A stretch of 64,000 nucleotides of DNA from Neoconidiobolus thromboides FSU 785 (lineage: Eukaryota > Fungi > Entomophthoromycota), in contig MU626336.1 of NCBI GenBank assembly GCA_025603075.1, forward strand, positions 27,781 to 91,780, given 5' to 3'. Both the position numbers and the translations under genes were made by a program. Shown piece after piece: positions 52,394 through 64,000 of this stretch. The notes under the pieces are model-generated. The model was given only the letters and a program-made list of their open reading frames with translations. It had not been told where the DNA came from and did not search any database. How positions within the stretch are numbered: position 1 is the first letter of the stretch; each line of letters starts with the position of its first letter.

Positions 52394-54680
52394 ATTTTAT
52401 ATATTTTATAAATTAAGTTTGATTAGTCTAAAGGGTATATTTTTATTAGTTCAAGAGTATGATTCAATATACAAATATTCAAGTTAAATTCCTTTTATTT
52501 TATAGCTTATTTGGAGCTTTTATACCTTTGTTTTCAGGGAGGGTTATTATCTAAGAATAAAACAAATAACCATAAAAGCGTACAGTGTTTATTCTCCTCT
52601 TTTCTACATATAGTAAACTTGAGCTTTTATCATATAAAGTCATTTGATAGTAAGGTCAATAAGGAACATTCGTATATATGAGAACCAGTTAAAAAACAAT
52701 TGCTCACTTTGTTACAATGAGGTCTTTGAAATAAATGATTTGTTATTTGTAAAATTTTAAGAGGAGTAACTTTATCAAAGAAAGTAATATATTATTCTAG
52801 ATTTTTTGTTACATTCAGATGATGCTCATAATATTCAAGTTTCTATATTTTAAATCTAAATTAAATGCTAACACCAAGTTGTTTTGATAACTAATAAATA
52901 TGGTAAATTTTTTGATTCTTTTGCCACATGTCCTATTCGTTTGAATCAATATAATTTATTAAAAGAACAAGAATATTTTTTTAAATCTAAATATTTAAAA
53001 GGATGTTCTACCATTTGTTAAAGACATATCAAATATTAACAAATGCTTGATATGCCATTAAGTGCTTTTTTATTATATTGTTATTGTTATGTCTATTGTG
53101 AAATATTTTATAGATGCAGGTGATTTATTAATTATAAGGTAACCCCTTTATTTAGAACTTTTTTTTAAGATTTATAGCTTGAAACGTATTCTTAATAAAG
53201 ATACAAATGTTTGTGTAATACATTTAATTGCTTGATTAACCTATTATATAAAATGATTAACCAATAATTGATTCTTTTTGATCATATAATTCACGAAAAT
53301 TCGATACTGAGCATAATATAATGTATTTGTAATACAAATACATTAATAAAAGCAGGAAACTTTTACGTTACACTTACAACTTTTAATATACCCAAACATT
53401 TGTATTAATTTTACATCTTAATGAAACTAGATCCTCTTTTAACCTTCTATAAATTCATACTTATTCAAAACATCTATTTTCATTGAATAAGCTAATAGTA
53501 CTTAAATAAATCTATAAATGAATTATTATTTTTTTATAAAAATTAACAATTAATAAGGGTTCCAAAATCTCAAATATATGGTAAATTGTTGAATTAAATA
53601 TGCTTAGAGAGCGGCCAAATGTCAAGAACAAATTAATTGAAAACTTAAATTGCTTTTCCCGATTTATTAGCTTTTATCAAATTAAACACGTTGATCTATT
53701 TTATTCTCAAAAGGCGGCCAAATTGTTATACCATTTTTTATACCTAACCATCCCCAAAAGTCCAGAATTGTAGCCAAATGTTCAAATTTTTGTTCGGTTT
53801 TATCAGTGAATTAAGTTTCCACTGATATTTATAATGACTTTTTTTCAGTAAAGTTAGTCATTTCATATGTATAATTATTGGTATTTGAATTCTGAATTTT
53901 TTAAATACCATAGCATCCATTCATTTATGCATTATATATTATATTTTATTTTACTTTAAATAGCTATTCTATCAATTTTTGCTTAAAAATTAACTAAGGT
54001 TCTTTAATTAGTAATGTTCTTATGAATGAATCCTTTTGCTTATTCAACTCATTAGAAAGTTGCTTTTATCGAGCATTATTTGATTATAGATTTTTTGCAT
54101 AAATTAAAATTTTAGTATGTTATTTATCTATTTATCTATTTATCTATAATAAATATTTAAATGAATTACTTTTTCTAAATCATTGACTCAGTATTTCAAA
54201 CTAAATCAAATTTTTGTATAAAGTCCTAAATTCTTATAGTAGATAATATTTTATTTTAATTTACAAAAAAACAAATATAGATTCAAAGTTTTTAATAACC
54301 TTATCAGGTTGGAGAGGTAGAGTCATTCTTAATAAGGATCCTATGGTATCAGTGCTTCTGTTTCGAATTTCATTATTTGACTCTTGCAAATAATGTTAAT
54401 ATTGCACTAACATCTTTACTTTTTTTTATAATAAATATAGCCTAGGAATAGAATTTTTGAATAAAATGTTTAATAATATCTATTTAAGCTCTATAGTTGT
54501 ATGTCTCTGTTTTTTAATTTTTTTGATTGGAGTATAATTTTCTTAGAAAAACACTGCTCACTGCAAAAAGCAATGTTTATAGTTGCAGTCAATTACCTTC
54601 ACCAAAAACAATGGTAAAAAGTATATATTATTTATAAAAAAACTTTATAATATTTCAGTATAATAAATAACTTAATATAT

Positions 54681-54759
54681 AGGGATGTTTTTTATAGTTT
54701 CATCACTTTTTTCATTTTCTAAGCGCTATTTGAGTGAAAAGAGTGTTAATAAAATTGTT
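54681..54759 (+). mobile_element. ~96-bp MITE family, copy 8 (3'-truncated)
   Basis: ATAT|AGGGATGTTTTTT...CTAAGCGCTATTTGAGTGAAAAG...AAAATTG, after which similarity is lost. Confidence 0.75.
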
Positions 54760-55839
54760 AACCTATTTTTGTTTGAAATGTGTTAGTTTTAAGTGTATAA
54801 TTGTTTAAAATAAAATTATATTTAAATCAGTAAATTTAAAAGGATCTAACAAGATAAAAGTGGGATTAATATAATATCTTTAAAAGAGATAAAAGACAAA
54901 ATAAAGCTTATTTTATTTTTATTTTTTAAAAAGCCTTTACATTGAATAAGAAAAAAAATATAAAGTTAAATGATAATAGAACTTACTAAGTAGGTCAAGC
55001 TGTAAAGGGATATGATTTTTAATTAAAATTCAGAACTTAGAGTTAATAAAACTTTATAAATTAAATACAATAAAGATATAATAATAAAATCAGGAAAAGT
55101 AAACATAAATTAAAAGAAGACAGTATATAAAATCAGAGAAAGTATTTCTATTTTAAATCATATATTTCTAAAATAATACAATATAGGCAATTAAGTCGAT
55201 AGATAGACAACAAAGTAGGCCTCTATTAGACAGTTAACTTTGATTTTATTTAATGAGAAGCTTAAAAATGAAGTGCATTATTTTAAACTAATGGCTCAAA
55301 TTTTTTTAAAATTTTTTTATTGATTGAGAAAAACACTCAAATTAAAAATAAAGTTTCATTTAAATTGAATTAAATCCCAAAGCCACTGATTATTACATCA
55401 CCATTAGTCGATTTCACTAAGAATTCGCGAATAATAAAGTTACTAAGAATTTTAGTAAAAACAGCTGATTTTTATCATTCGATAAAAGCAATCAATATGT
55501 AGTTTATTTTAATATTTATTAAAATAAGAATTAAAATTATATTGAACATTTAAGGTTGATTAAAGATTGATTTTAAAATATTATTCAAACAAATCTATTG
55601 TTGTAAAATTCTAGCTTTAAAACATTTTTTTAACTTAACCAATAAATTTTAGAATATCTTCAATAATTATCGAACTCCACCAATCAATTAAATCTCCTTT
55701 ATCCAATTTGTACCAATAACTATTATCACATGGAACTTTTGAAGTTTCTAATTTTGTAGGAACAAGAATAATAATAATTAAAAACAACGGTCACCCTTTT
55801 ATTATATTTAACAAAGCTAAATAACGATAAATTCGAGAG

Positions 55840-56920
55840 ATGAAATTTTTAGAAAGTGTTGATTTAGAATATTTGAATCAAGCCTTGACTTTTGAGACTT
55901 CAGATTGTAAAGTCATTGGACGAATTGAACCATATTCTTGTAAGTAGAATTTAGTTTATTGATTCATACAACTCATTTTGTTCAATTAATATCCATTCTC
56001 TTTTACTAGGTAAACAAACGATAGGAGACAAAAAATTATTTAAACGATTAGAGATTCAATATGTAGAAGAAAATAGTAAAAAAAAAAGAAATTTTAAATA
56101 TAAATTCAAAGAAGATGGACATGAACTGGAACTTAAAAATGAGATTGAAAGTGAAATTGAAATGGAAGATAACTCACCTATGAATTCATTTAATGGTTCA
56201 ACCATCTCCCCCTTTGGTCCTATTAATTTACAAAGTTCTAGAAAAACTTTTTTTTATTTAATATCTACTTTAAATGAAACGTTTCCAGATTATGACTTTA
56301 GGTAGCTCTTTTTTAAATATTTGTTAAGAATTGAAAGTTAATTCTCCTTTTTTCTCTTTCTTTTATTGATAGTCGTCTTAAACATGATCAATTTATTAAA
56401 ACAGAATCATTACAAATGGTTATGAATTCAATTAATTATACTTTAATTAGTGCAGGAGCACAAAGTATTTTAAATCAGATTAATCTATGGGATCATATTG
56501 ATTTCATGATCCAGTTAAAAGATGCAGATATTTATAGCTATGTGCCTGATTTAGATACTGATCCTTTTGCTGAACATGGTTGTATGTAAGTTTTTAATTA
56601 ATTAATATTATTGATATTAACATTAATTGATTTTTTAGTTGGTCATTTAACTATTTCTTTTTTAATAAAAAACTAAAAAGAATTATTTATTTTACTTGTA
56701 GAGGAGTTAGGTAATTTATTATTTTAATTTTATTTAGAATAAGAACAATTTATTTTTATTTTAGTTTAAAAAGTAGGATAGATGAGGGATTAGGTTCTTC
56801 ACTTACTGATGAAATATTGGAGGATGAAATGTAAGTATTTATTTAATTATTAATATTTTGTATAATTTTAATACTATTTTTAGGATTGAGGATGATTTTA
56901 TAGGGGACTTTGAATTTTAA
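55840..56920 (+). CDS. MAF1: Repressor of RNA polymerase III Maf1; multi-exon
   Basis: MKFLE...GRIEPYSCK...DKKLFK, SPFGP...[49 protein letters not shown], acidic tail. Confidence 0.93.
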
Positions 56921-57616
56921 TATTTTTAAAAAAATATATGAATCTATTGTTTCAATATCCTAATTCATTTTTTTAGGATAATTGAAATTTTTTTAATATA
57001 TACATTATCTTACTATCTTCCCCTTATTATACCCTATTATTCTACTATTATGTATTATTTTCAGTTTAAAGGTTCATACAATTTAATTAATCAATAATTA
57101 AACTATATGGACCTAAATAAACTTATATATTGCTTATTAACTAATAGTTAATTTTTTTATACCTCATTAATCTCCTTTTTGGTGTGGTTAAATTTATTGT
57201 TTGGTACTTTACCTCGATGTTGTCTCTGAAGATAAAGTGTGTAAGTTTCTTTCAATTTATGTTTAGAAATAATAAACTAGGAGCTCACGTGAGGCTATAT
57301 CTCGTATCATATATTCGTACCAATATAATCAAGTAAATGTAGGTATTATACAAGGGTAAGTTTTTATTTTAATAAAGTATTTGAAATAATTTTACAACTT
57401 TGATCTATTTTTTTAAAACACTCACTTTTGTTCTTTTGATTAGTTCAATCATTTATAATATAATTTATTTATTATTGTTTTATTTCACTTTTGTTTTATT
57501 GATATTATCCTCAATTTAACCTAAATCTATTTAAATCTTATTTTATTTCCCTAAATAAATATACTTACCTCTAACTCAATAACCTTCACTTATTTCTATG
57601 TTTATATTTTATCCCT

Positions 57617-59448
57617 TCAATTTTGTTCTTTACTAATTAATAAATTATAATAATTTCCTAAGGCAATATCTTGAATATACGATTTATCATAATTCAATGG
57701 CAATATTCTTGGTATAAAACAATGATTATTATCTTCTCCCAAACCAAGCGAACTTGTTATAGGTGATGCCATACCCCATATATAAGCTTCACCATTAACT
57801 AAAATAACATAAAAATAAATTAATATAATAAAATATAACTCGGAATAATTACCATTAATTGCAGCTGCTGTTCTCGGTCCTGCAATAATTTTTTGAATCC
57901 TTTTTAATCCTATCACTTCGCTTGGTATTAATGTTTCTGTCATATCCTTCCCTAATCCTAATACACCAAAACCAACGGTAAATACTTGTCCATTTTCTAT
58001 AAAAAATAAAATAAGATTTAATTTTAATAATAATAATAGTTATTATTTAATAACTTACCCGTTAGAAATAATGAAAAACTACCGCCACTAGCAATGTCAA
58101 TTATTTTTTCATTGAAATTTATAGAAAGTGGTTCAAGTATCTAAACATATAAAAAATAAAATAATTTGTTATTATTAATTAATTTAAAATAACCATGGTT
58201 TATAGATTTACTCTATCAATAATTTGACCTTGTCCACCTTGACCATATTCTGAATTACCCCAACTAAATACCTTACCTTGATCTACATAATAAATAAATG
58301 AATAAATTGATATAAATTAACTCTTACTCCTCCAGACTTTATAAATTTAATTTAATCACTTACCATTTAGTGCTAATGTACAATCATTACAACTACTAAT
58401 TTTAATAATATTATGTTTATTTTCATTGAAATAGGGTATTTTAGTCGGTAAATATTTATTTTTAGGTGGACTTTCACCCAATCCTAATTGACCATCAGAT
58501 CCCCAACCCATAGTATAAATATTATTATCTTCTAATTAAGTATAAAAAATGATAGTTTAATAAAAATAGCTAAAATAAAAAGACTTAAATTTAATATTGT
58601 TAAAAAAACTTACTTGTCACTAAAGCTGTATGATCCAATCCACAAGTTATTAATTTAATATCATTTAAATTAATTTTTTGAAATTTCATTGAATAATTGA
58701 CTATTCTTTGATTATCCCTTAGCTTACTACCTTCCATACCTAATTGCCCATTGTTGGAACTACCAGTGGCAAATACACTAGATTCTAAATTGACAATTAA
58801 ATAAATAAAATAAATAAATTTTTATTTTTTAAACTTACCTCCATTTTCATTTTCTATTTTAACAATACTATGTTCTCTTCCACACTGTATCGAACTGATT
58901 TTTCCTATTGGTAAATCTTTTATGAGTCCATAATCAAATTCTTCGGATGTTCGGTTTAATCCTATTTTCAATAGAATTCTATTAATATTTATAGATAGAA
59001 GCTATAGTTTTTGAAACATAAGAGGATAATTTCAATTAAGCAAGAGGTTTATTATAATGGCATAAATATAAAATTACCTAATTGGCCTCGAGTATTTAAA
59101 CCGAATGAAAATAATCCAAATTGTTTGCTAAAATTCTTTTCCTTTTTCTCAAAACTTATTAATCCATGTTGAAAACCTGAAGCTATTGATTTATATTCTA
59201 TATCCTTCAATTAATTAATTAAATTATTTATTTATTTATTTATTTATTAAAATTGAAATTAAAATTTTAACAAATTTGTCTTTATTTTCTTTAATTACCT
59301 TTAACTCAAGTAAGTTTAGTAACTGTGGTGTATGTAAATTGATAGAAGTGAAAGTGGAACTATTTTGAGATGATTGCACTTTATTTAAGTATTTACCCCA
59401 ACCATAAAGTTTTGTTGTGACTGAATTTAATGATAATGTGCTATGCAT
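57617..59448 (-). CDS. RCC1L: RCC1-repeat protein, RCC1L/WBSCR16-like; intron-dense; ends approximate
   Basis: IASGFQHG, FGLNTRGQLG, TCGLDHT, MGWGSDGQLGLG, WGNSEYGQ, IASGGSFS, VGFGVLGLG. Confidence 0.7.
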
Positions 59449-59748
59449 AGAATTTATTGAGAAGTAAGATAGAAAAGATTAAAAAGGGAAAATTATATAT
59501 CAAGGATTTTAATGAGATTGATTGGTTAATAAACTAATTTTGAAAAGTGAGTAAAATGAAAAATTGATGATGCTATTTATTTATTTTTAATATTTTAAAT
59601 TAAAAAAATACTTGAATTTTTTGTGATTATTTTGATTTTAGCTTAAATCTTTAATTAATAACTTGAAAGGAAGGCCTTTGGAAAAAAGTTTAGAAAAATC
59701 AACATTATCATTTACCATACTAACAAATATACTTTTTAACCCAATCTC

Positions 59749-60787
59749 ATGTCTACTTTAAAATCCCGTTTATTACAAGCGGAGGTAAAAAATACATTAC
59801 TTTTCATCTCAATTCCATTCATTTTATTTTTTTATTCATCTATAGAAAAAATCCAAATTGGCATCTGATTATTTCAATCAAAAGCAATATGAATTAGCTA
59901 AAGAAACTTATGTTGATGCTGGATTATTAGTAACAGAAAATATAAAATTAGAAAAGGATAAAAAGTTAGTTGATTTAGCTTTTAGGAAATGTAATGAATA
60001 TTTAGAAAAGGCTAAGTTTATTAAAGAAAAGTTTATCGATAATAATAAAAAAGAGGAGGGAGTTAAGAAAGAAGATGCTATAGATAAAAAAGTGGAAAAT
60101 ATAAATAAGACAGAGATAAAATCAAAAGTTAATATGTTAAGTAAGTAATATTAATAATTTGAATTTATTTTATTTAAACTTAATGTCTTATTAGCTGAAG
60201 AAGAAAAAAGTATATTATTAGAAAGCTCAAAAATTCATGGTCGAATTTATTTACCATATTATGAAGATAACGATCAAAAGGAATTTTTAGAATCAGAACA
60301 AGATATATTGGCTTTAAGTTATAAACAAAAAGAAAGTATACCAAGATGGATAAGTTTAAGAGATTATTTTAAAACAAATATTAAATTAATTGACAATATC
60401 AATAGTAATAATATTATTCAAAAAACAGTAACTAATTGTTCTTTTATTGCCTCTTTAATAGTATGTGCAGAATATGAAATACGATTTAAAAAAAAGATTA
60501 TAAGTGAAATTATTTATCCCAGAGAAATCAATTCTACTGGTAAATATACAATTAAATTACATTTTAATGGAATTGATAGAAGAGTTACAATTGATGATTT
60601 AGTTCCAGTTGATTTAAATAATCAATTATTAACTAGTTATTCTAAAATATATGGAGAAATATGGCCAATATTATTAGAAAAAGCATATATGAAATTAAAT
60701 AATGGTTATGAATTCAAAGGTAGTAATTCATCAATTGATTTAATGGCCATCACATCTTGGATTCCAGAACAATTATTTTTAAATCAA

Positions 60788-60839
<52 letters not shown>

Positions 60840-63307
60840 GAAACAAGGAGAAGATAAAAGGACAAGAAATAATTTGGAATAAATTATTTAAATCCTTTTT
60901 AAACGGTTATTGTTTATTAACAATTGGATCAAAGTTTTTAACAGAAATAGAAGAACAACAATTAGGTTTAATTTCTCATCATGCATACGCTGTTTTGGAT
61001 ATGAAAGCGTTTAAAGAAGTTAAACTATTTAAGGTAATTATTTATTTATTTATTATTATTATAGAATTTAAGTTTAATAAAGAGAATTAATTTATAATAG
61101 ATTAAAAATCCATGGGGTTATTTTGTATGGAAAGGAAAATATTCGAATTTAGACACAATTAATTGGACATTGGAATTATTAGAATATTTTAATTATGATA
61201 TTGAACAGTCAAAATTGAAGGATGATGGTAAGATTAATAATAATTAATAATTAATATATTTATATTTATATTTATATTTATTAGGTATTTTTTGGATTGA
61301 TTTAGAATCTTTATGTAACTATTTTGAAGCATTTCATATTAACTGGAATCCTAATTATTATCCATTTACTTTTATTTATCATTTGTATGTAATTTTGTTT
61401 AATAATGATACAATAATAATAATTAATTTTTATTTTATTTTATTATAGTAAATGGTTACCAGATATTAATATTTTAAATGATCATATTAGTTTTGGTAAT
61501 TATTAATAATGATATATTTAGTATACTTAATATACTTAATATAATTTATTAGGAAATAATCCTCAATTTAATTTAAATGTGATGGTACCTAAAGAAACAA
61601 ATAATTGCATGGTATGGGTATTATTAAGTCGACATATGGATGGTCAAGATGTATTAGATTCAGATTATTTAGCTTTACACGTATTTAAAAACTCAAATCA
61701 ATTTCCAGTATATTCACATCATCAACCTTTTATTAAAGTAATTTTTGGTTTTGGTTTATTTAAAAAATTAATTAATTGATATTTTATTTTATTTTATTTT
61801 ATTTAGAGTGCTTATTTTAACCATCCACATATTCTAGTAAGAGATAGATTATTTTTATAATGAAACTTAATTTTGTTTTACTCTATTTTTTATTTTAGAC
61901 TAAATTTCAACCTGAATTGGGCAAAAACCAATATACCTTGGTGGTAAACTATTTAATATAATATAGTATTTATTGTTTTTATTAAAATCCCAATTGTTAG
62001 GTATCACAAAAAGATAAAATTAAAAAATTTAATTTTACTATGAGAATATTTAGTACAACTTATTTTGAATTTCATAAGGTTAAAATACCCAGATTTGAAA
62101 CTGAAGTAAAGAGTTATTATATAATATATACCATTATATTTTAATTTTAATTTTTTTAGATAACCTCAGAGTGGGATTTATTTTCTAGTGGTAAGACATA
62201 AAATTCACTTTATTTTTATTAGAATAATTGATCTTCATTTTAAGGTGGTAATTTAACTAACTTTGATTTTTTTAATAATCCACAATATTTATTATCAATT
62301 AAATCAATACCTCATAATAACAATAATACAAATAATAACGTTACAATTACATTATCATGTGATTGTAATCAACTTATTGGTTTATTGATATTTAAAGGAA
62401 AAAAAGAAGTTAATGAGTAAGTTATTAATTAGTTAATTTATAAATTCAAATTTATTTAATCTATTTTTTAAAATTTTTAGTTTAGAAACGAGGGAGATTT
62501 TGAAACAAAGTGAACCTTATTTAAATCAATTTGTACAATTAAATTCGGAAATGAATGGTAATAATAATAATAATAATAAATTATTTATTTATTTATTTAT
62601 TAGAATCTACTTATATAATTATACCAACAACATATTATCCAAATCAACAAGCTAAATTTCATATGAAAATTTATAGTGATATCGAAACTAATATAAAATT
62701 ATTACCAATGGAAGGTAGTGGACTATATAAAAAAATACTTTCTGGGAATTGGTTAGATGATAAAAAAGAAAGTAGTATTGAGTTAATAGTTAAAAATAAT
62801 ACATATTTATTGTAAGTAATATAAAAGAATAAACTGTTTTAATTTTAATGTATTAATAATATTATTTTAATTTTAATTTAGATTAAGGTTACAAATTAAA
62901 GATATTCATAATAATTCATTATTAGGATATTTGAGAGTATTGGATGAAATGGGAAATATGATTAATGAGAGTTTAAAATATATTCAAAGTTATCAGGTAA
63001 GTTTTGGTTTTAATCGAGGAATTTTTAACTTATTTTTTTTTTTTTCAATTATTTGTTTTAGGGTATTAGATTAGCTACTAAAATTGAACAAAAATATCAA
63101 AATAGTAGTATTCATTTCAAAAATGATAATAAAAGTAAGTTGAAATTAATAATAATAATAATTCTTTTAAAATTAATTAATATCAACTAATAATGATTCT
63201 GCCTTTTAGAGATTTTTTTGAAATTTGATACCAATTTTCAAAGTTTAGCTTATTGGGATTTAAAGATTTATTCGGATCTACCAATAGTTAGTATCAATGT
63301 TGTTTAA
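59749..63307 (+). CDS. palB: Calpain-7/PalB/Rim13-like cysteine protease (MIT-like, CysPc and calpain III domains); intron-dense
   Basis: QKTVTNCSFIASL (Cys), LLEKAYMKL, LISHHAYAVLD (His), LKNPWG (Asn), DDGIFWID, NPQFNL and NPQY repeats. Confidence 0.88.
60788..60838 (+). repeat. (AAT)17 coding microsatellite, a poly-Asn tract in the calpain domain
   Basis: Read directly; in frame. Confidence 0.95.
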
Positions 63308-63398
63308 ATTATAAAGCTTGTCTTTGTTTACTGAAAAAGTGATTGATTAATAAATTAATAAACAAATAAATAATATTATTCTGTAAGATTTAATATAT

Positions 63399-63493
63399 GG
63401 GGGTGTTTTTTTTGGTTTCATTACTTTATTTTTTAAGCCCTATTTGAGTAGAAAAGTTATTAGTAGAATTCTTAAACAAAAAAATACATCCCC
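63399..63493 (+). mobile_element. ~96-bp MITE family, copy 9
   Basis: GGGGGTGTTTTT...AAAAATACATCCCC with ATAT on both sides. Confidence 0.88.
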
Positions 63494-63899
63494 ATATAGT
63501 TTCGAATAATTTATAAACAGGACTTTAAATTGATAATATTTTTAAAAGATTGTCTTTAATTTATTATAAATATTGAATTGTATTGAAAAAATGAATTAAA
63601 TAATTGTAATAAAGAAGTGTTAATTTAATCAGTTAATGTAAAATTATAAAATAGGTTTAAAAATTCAATTATTTAATTTTAATCATTGTTAATAATTAAA
63701 ACTTAAACAATTTAATATTAATAAAAAATTAGCTAATTATTGTACTTTGATAGGTGTAATCTCCTTTTTTAGATGGAAATTTCAATTAAAAATCAACAAG
63801 TAGAATTTATGGGAAGGAAGAGGGAGGGTATAACCAGAAAACTACAGTAAATTATTTTTTTTGAGTATTTTGAAAAATAATAAGATCTAATCAATATCT

Positions 63900-63998
63900 G
63901 GGGATGTTTTTTTTGGCTTCATTACTTTTTCCATCTTTTAAGCGCTATTTGCGTGGAAAAATTGTTAGTAAAATTCTTAAATACAAAAATACATCCCC
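63900..63998 (+). mobile_element. ~96-bp MITE family, copy 10 (near consensus)
   Basis: GGGGATGTTTTTT...AAAAATACATCCCC; left flank ATCT, right flank AT and then the window ends. Confidence 0.88.
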
Positions 63999-64000
63999 AT

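Noticed and set aside
54300-54420. Short minus-strand frame YLQESNNEIRNRSTDTIGSLLRMTLPLQPD
   Set aside because: Too short, with no start or splice support and no recognisable family.
57284-57293. TCACGTGA as a budding-yeast CDEI point centromere
   Set aside because: No CDEIII-like element is evident, the context is gene-dense, and this is not a Saccharomycetaceae-like genome.

Overview
Eukaryotic, very AT-rich fungal genomic DNA with short GT-AG introns (mostly about 40-70 nt). By inference it resembles an early-diverging fungus such as a Conidiobolus-like Zoopagomycota; this cannot be proven from the sequence. About 26 apparently intact genes: MetAP, RPS20, a divergent CDK, DYS1, FES1, ESF2, a SMAP-domain protein, a DDT/WSD chromatin protein, an F-box protein, an ELO elongase, NAT9, NRAMP, ArgRS, EVE/THYN1, OLA1, a Rad21/Rec8 kleisin, kinesin-5, a TLC protein, ARMT1, a cytochrome b5-acyl-CoA dehydrogenase fusion, two convergent KHA1-type antiporters, MAF1, RCC1L, PalB calpain and two hypotheticals. 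They sit in compact clusters separated by AT-rich islands. The islands hold an ELO pseudogene, an F-box pseudogene, a decayed IS630/Tc1-mariner transposase and a probable piggyBac-type MITE. The most striking feature is ten copies of a roughly 96-bp non-autonomous element with GGGG...CCCC termini and 4-bp AWWT-like target-site duplications. One copy sits inside the F-box pseudogene, so its empty site can be read from the intact paralogue. A CCAAT box also lies at almost the same distance (-96 to -98 from the ATG) in four unrelated genes. Exon boundaries were read by eye, no databases were searched, and many ORF-track starts are TTG/GTG or intron artefacts.
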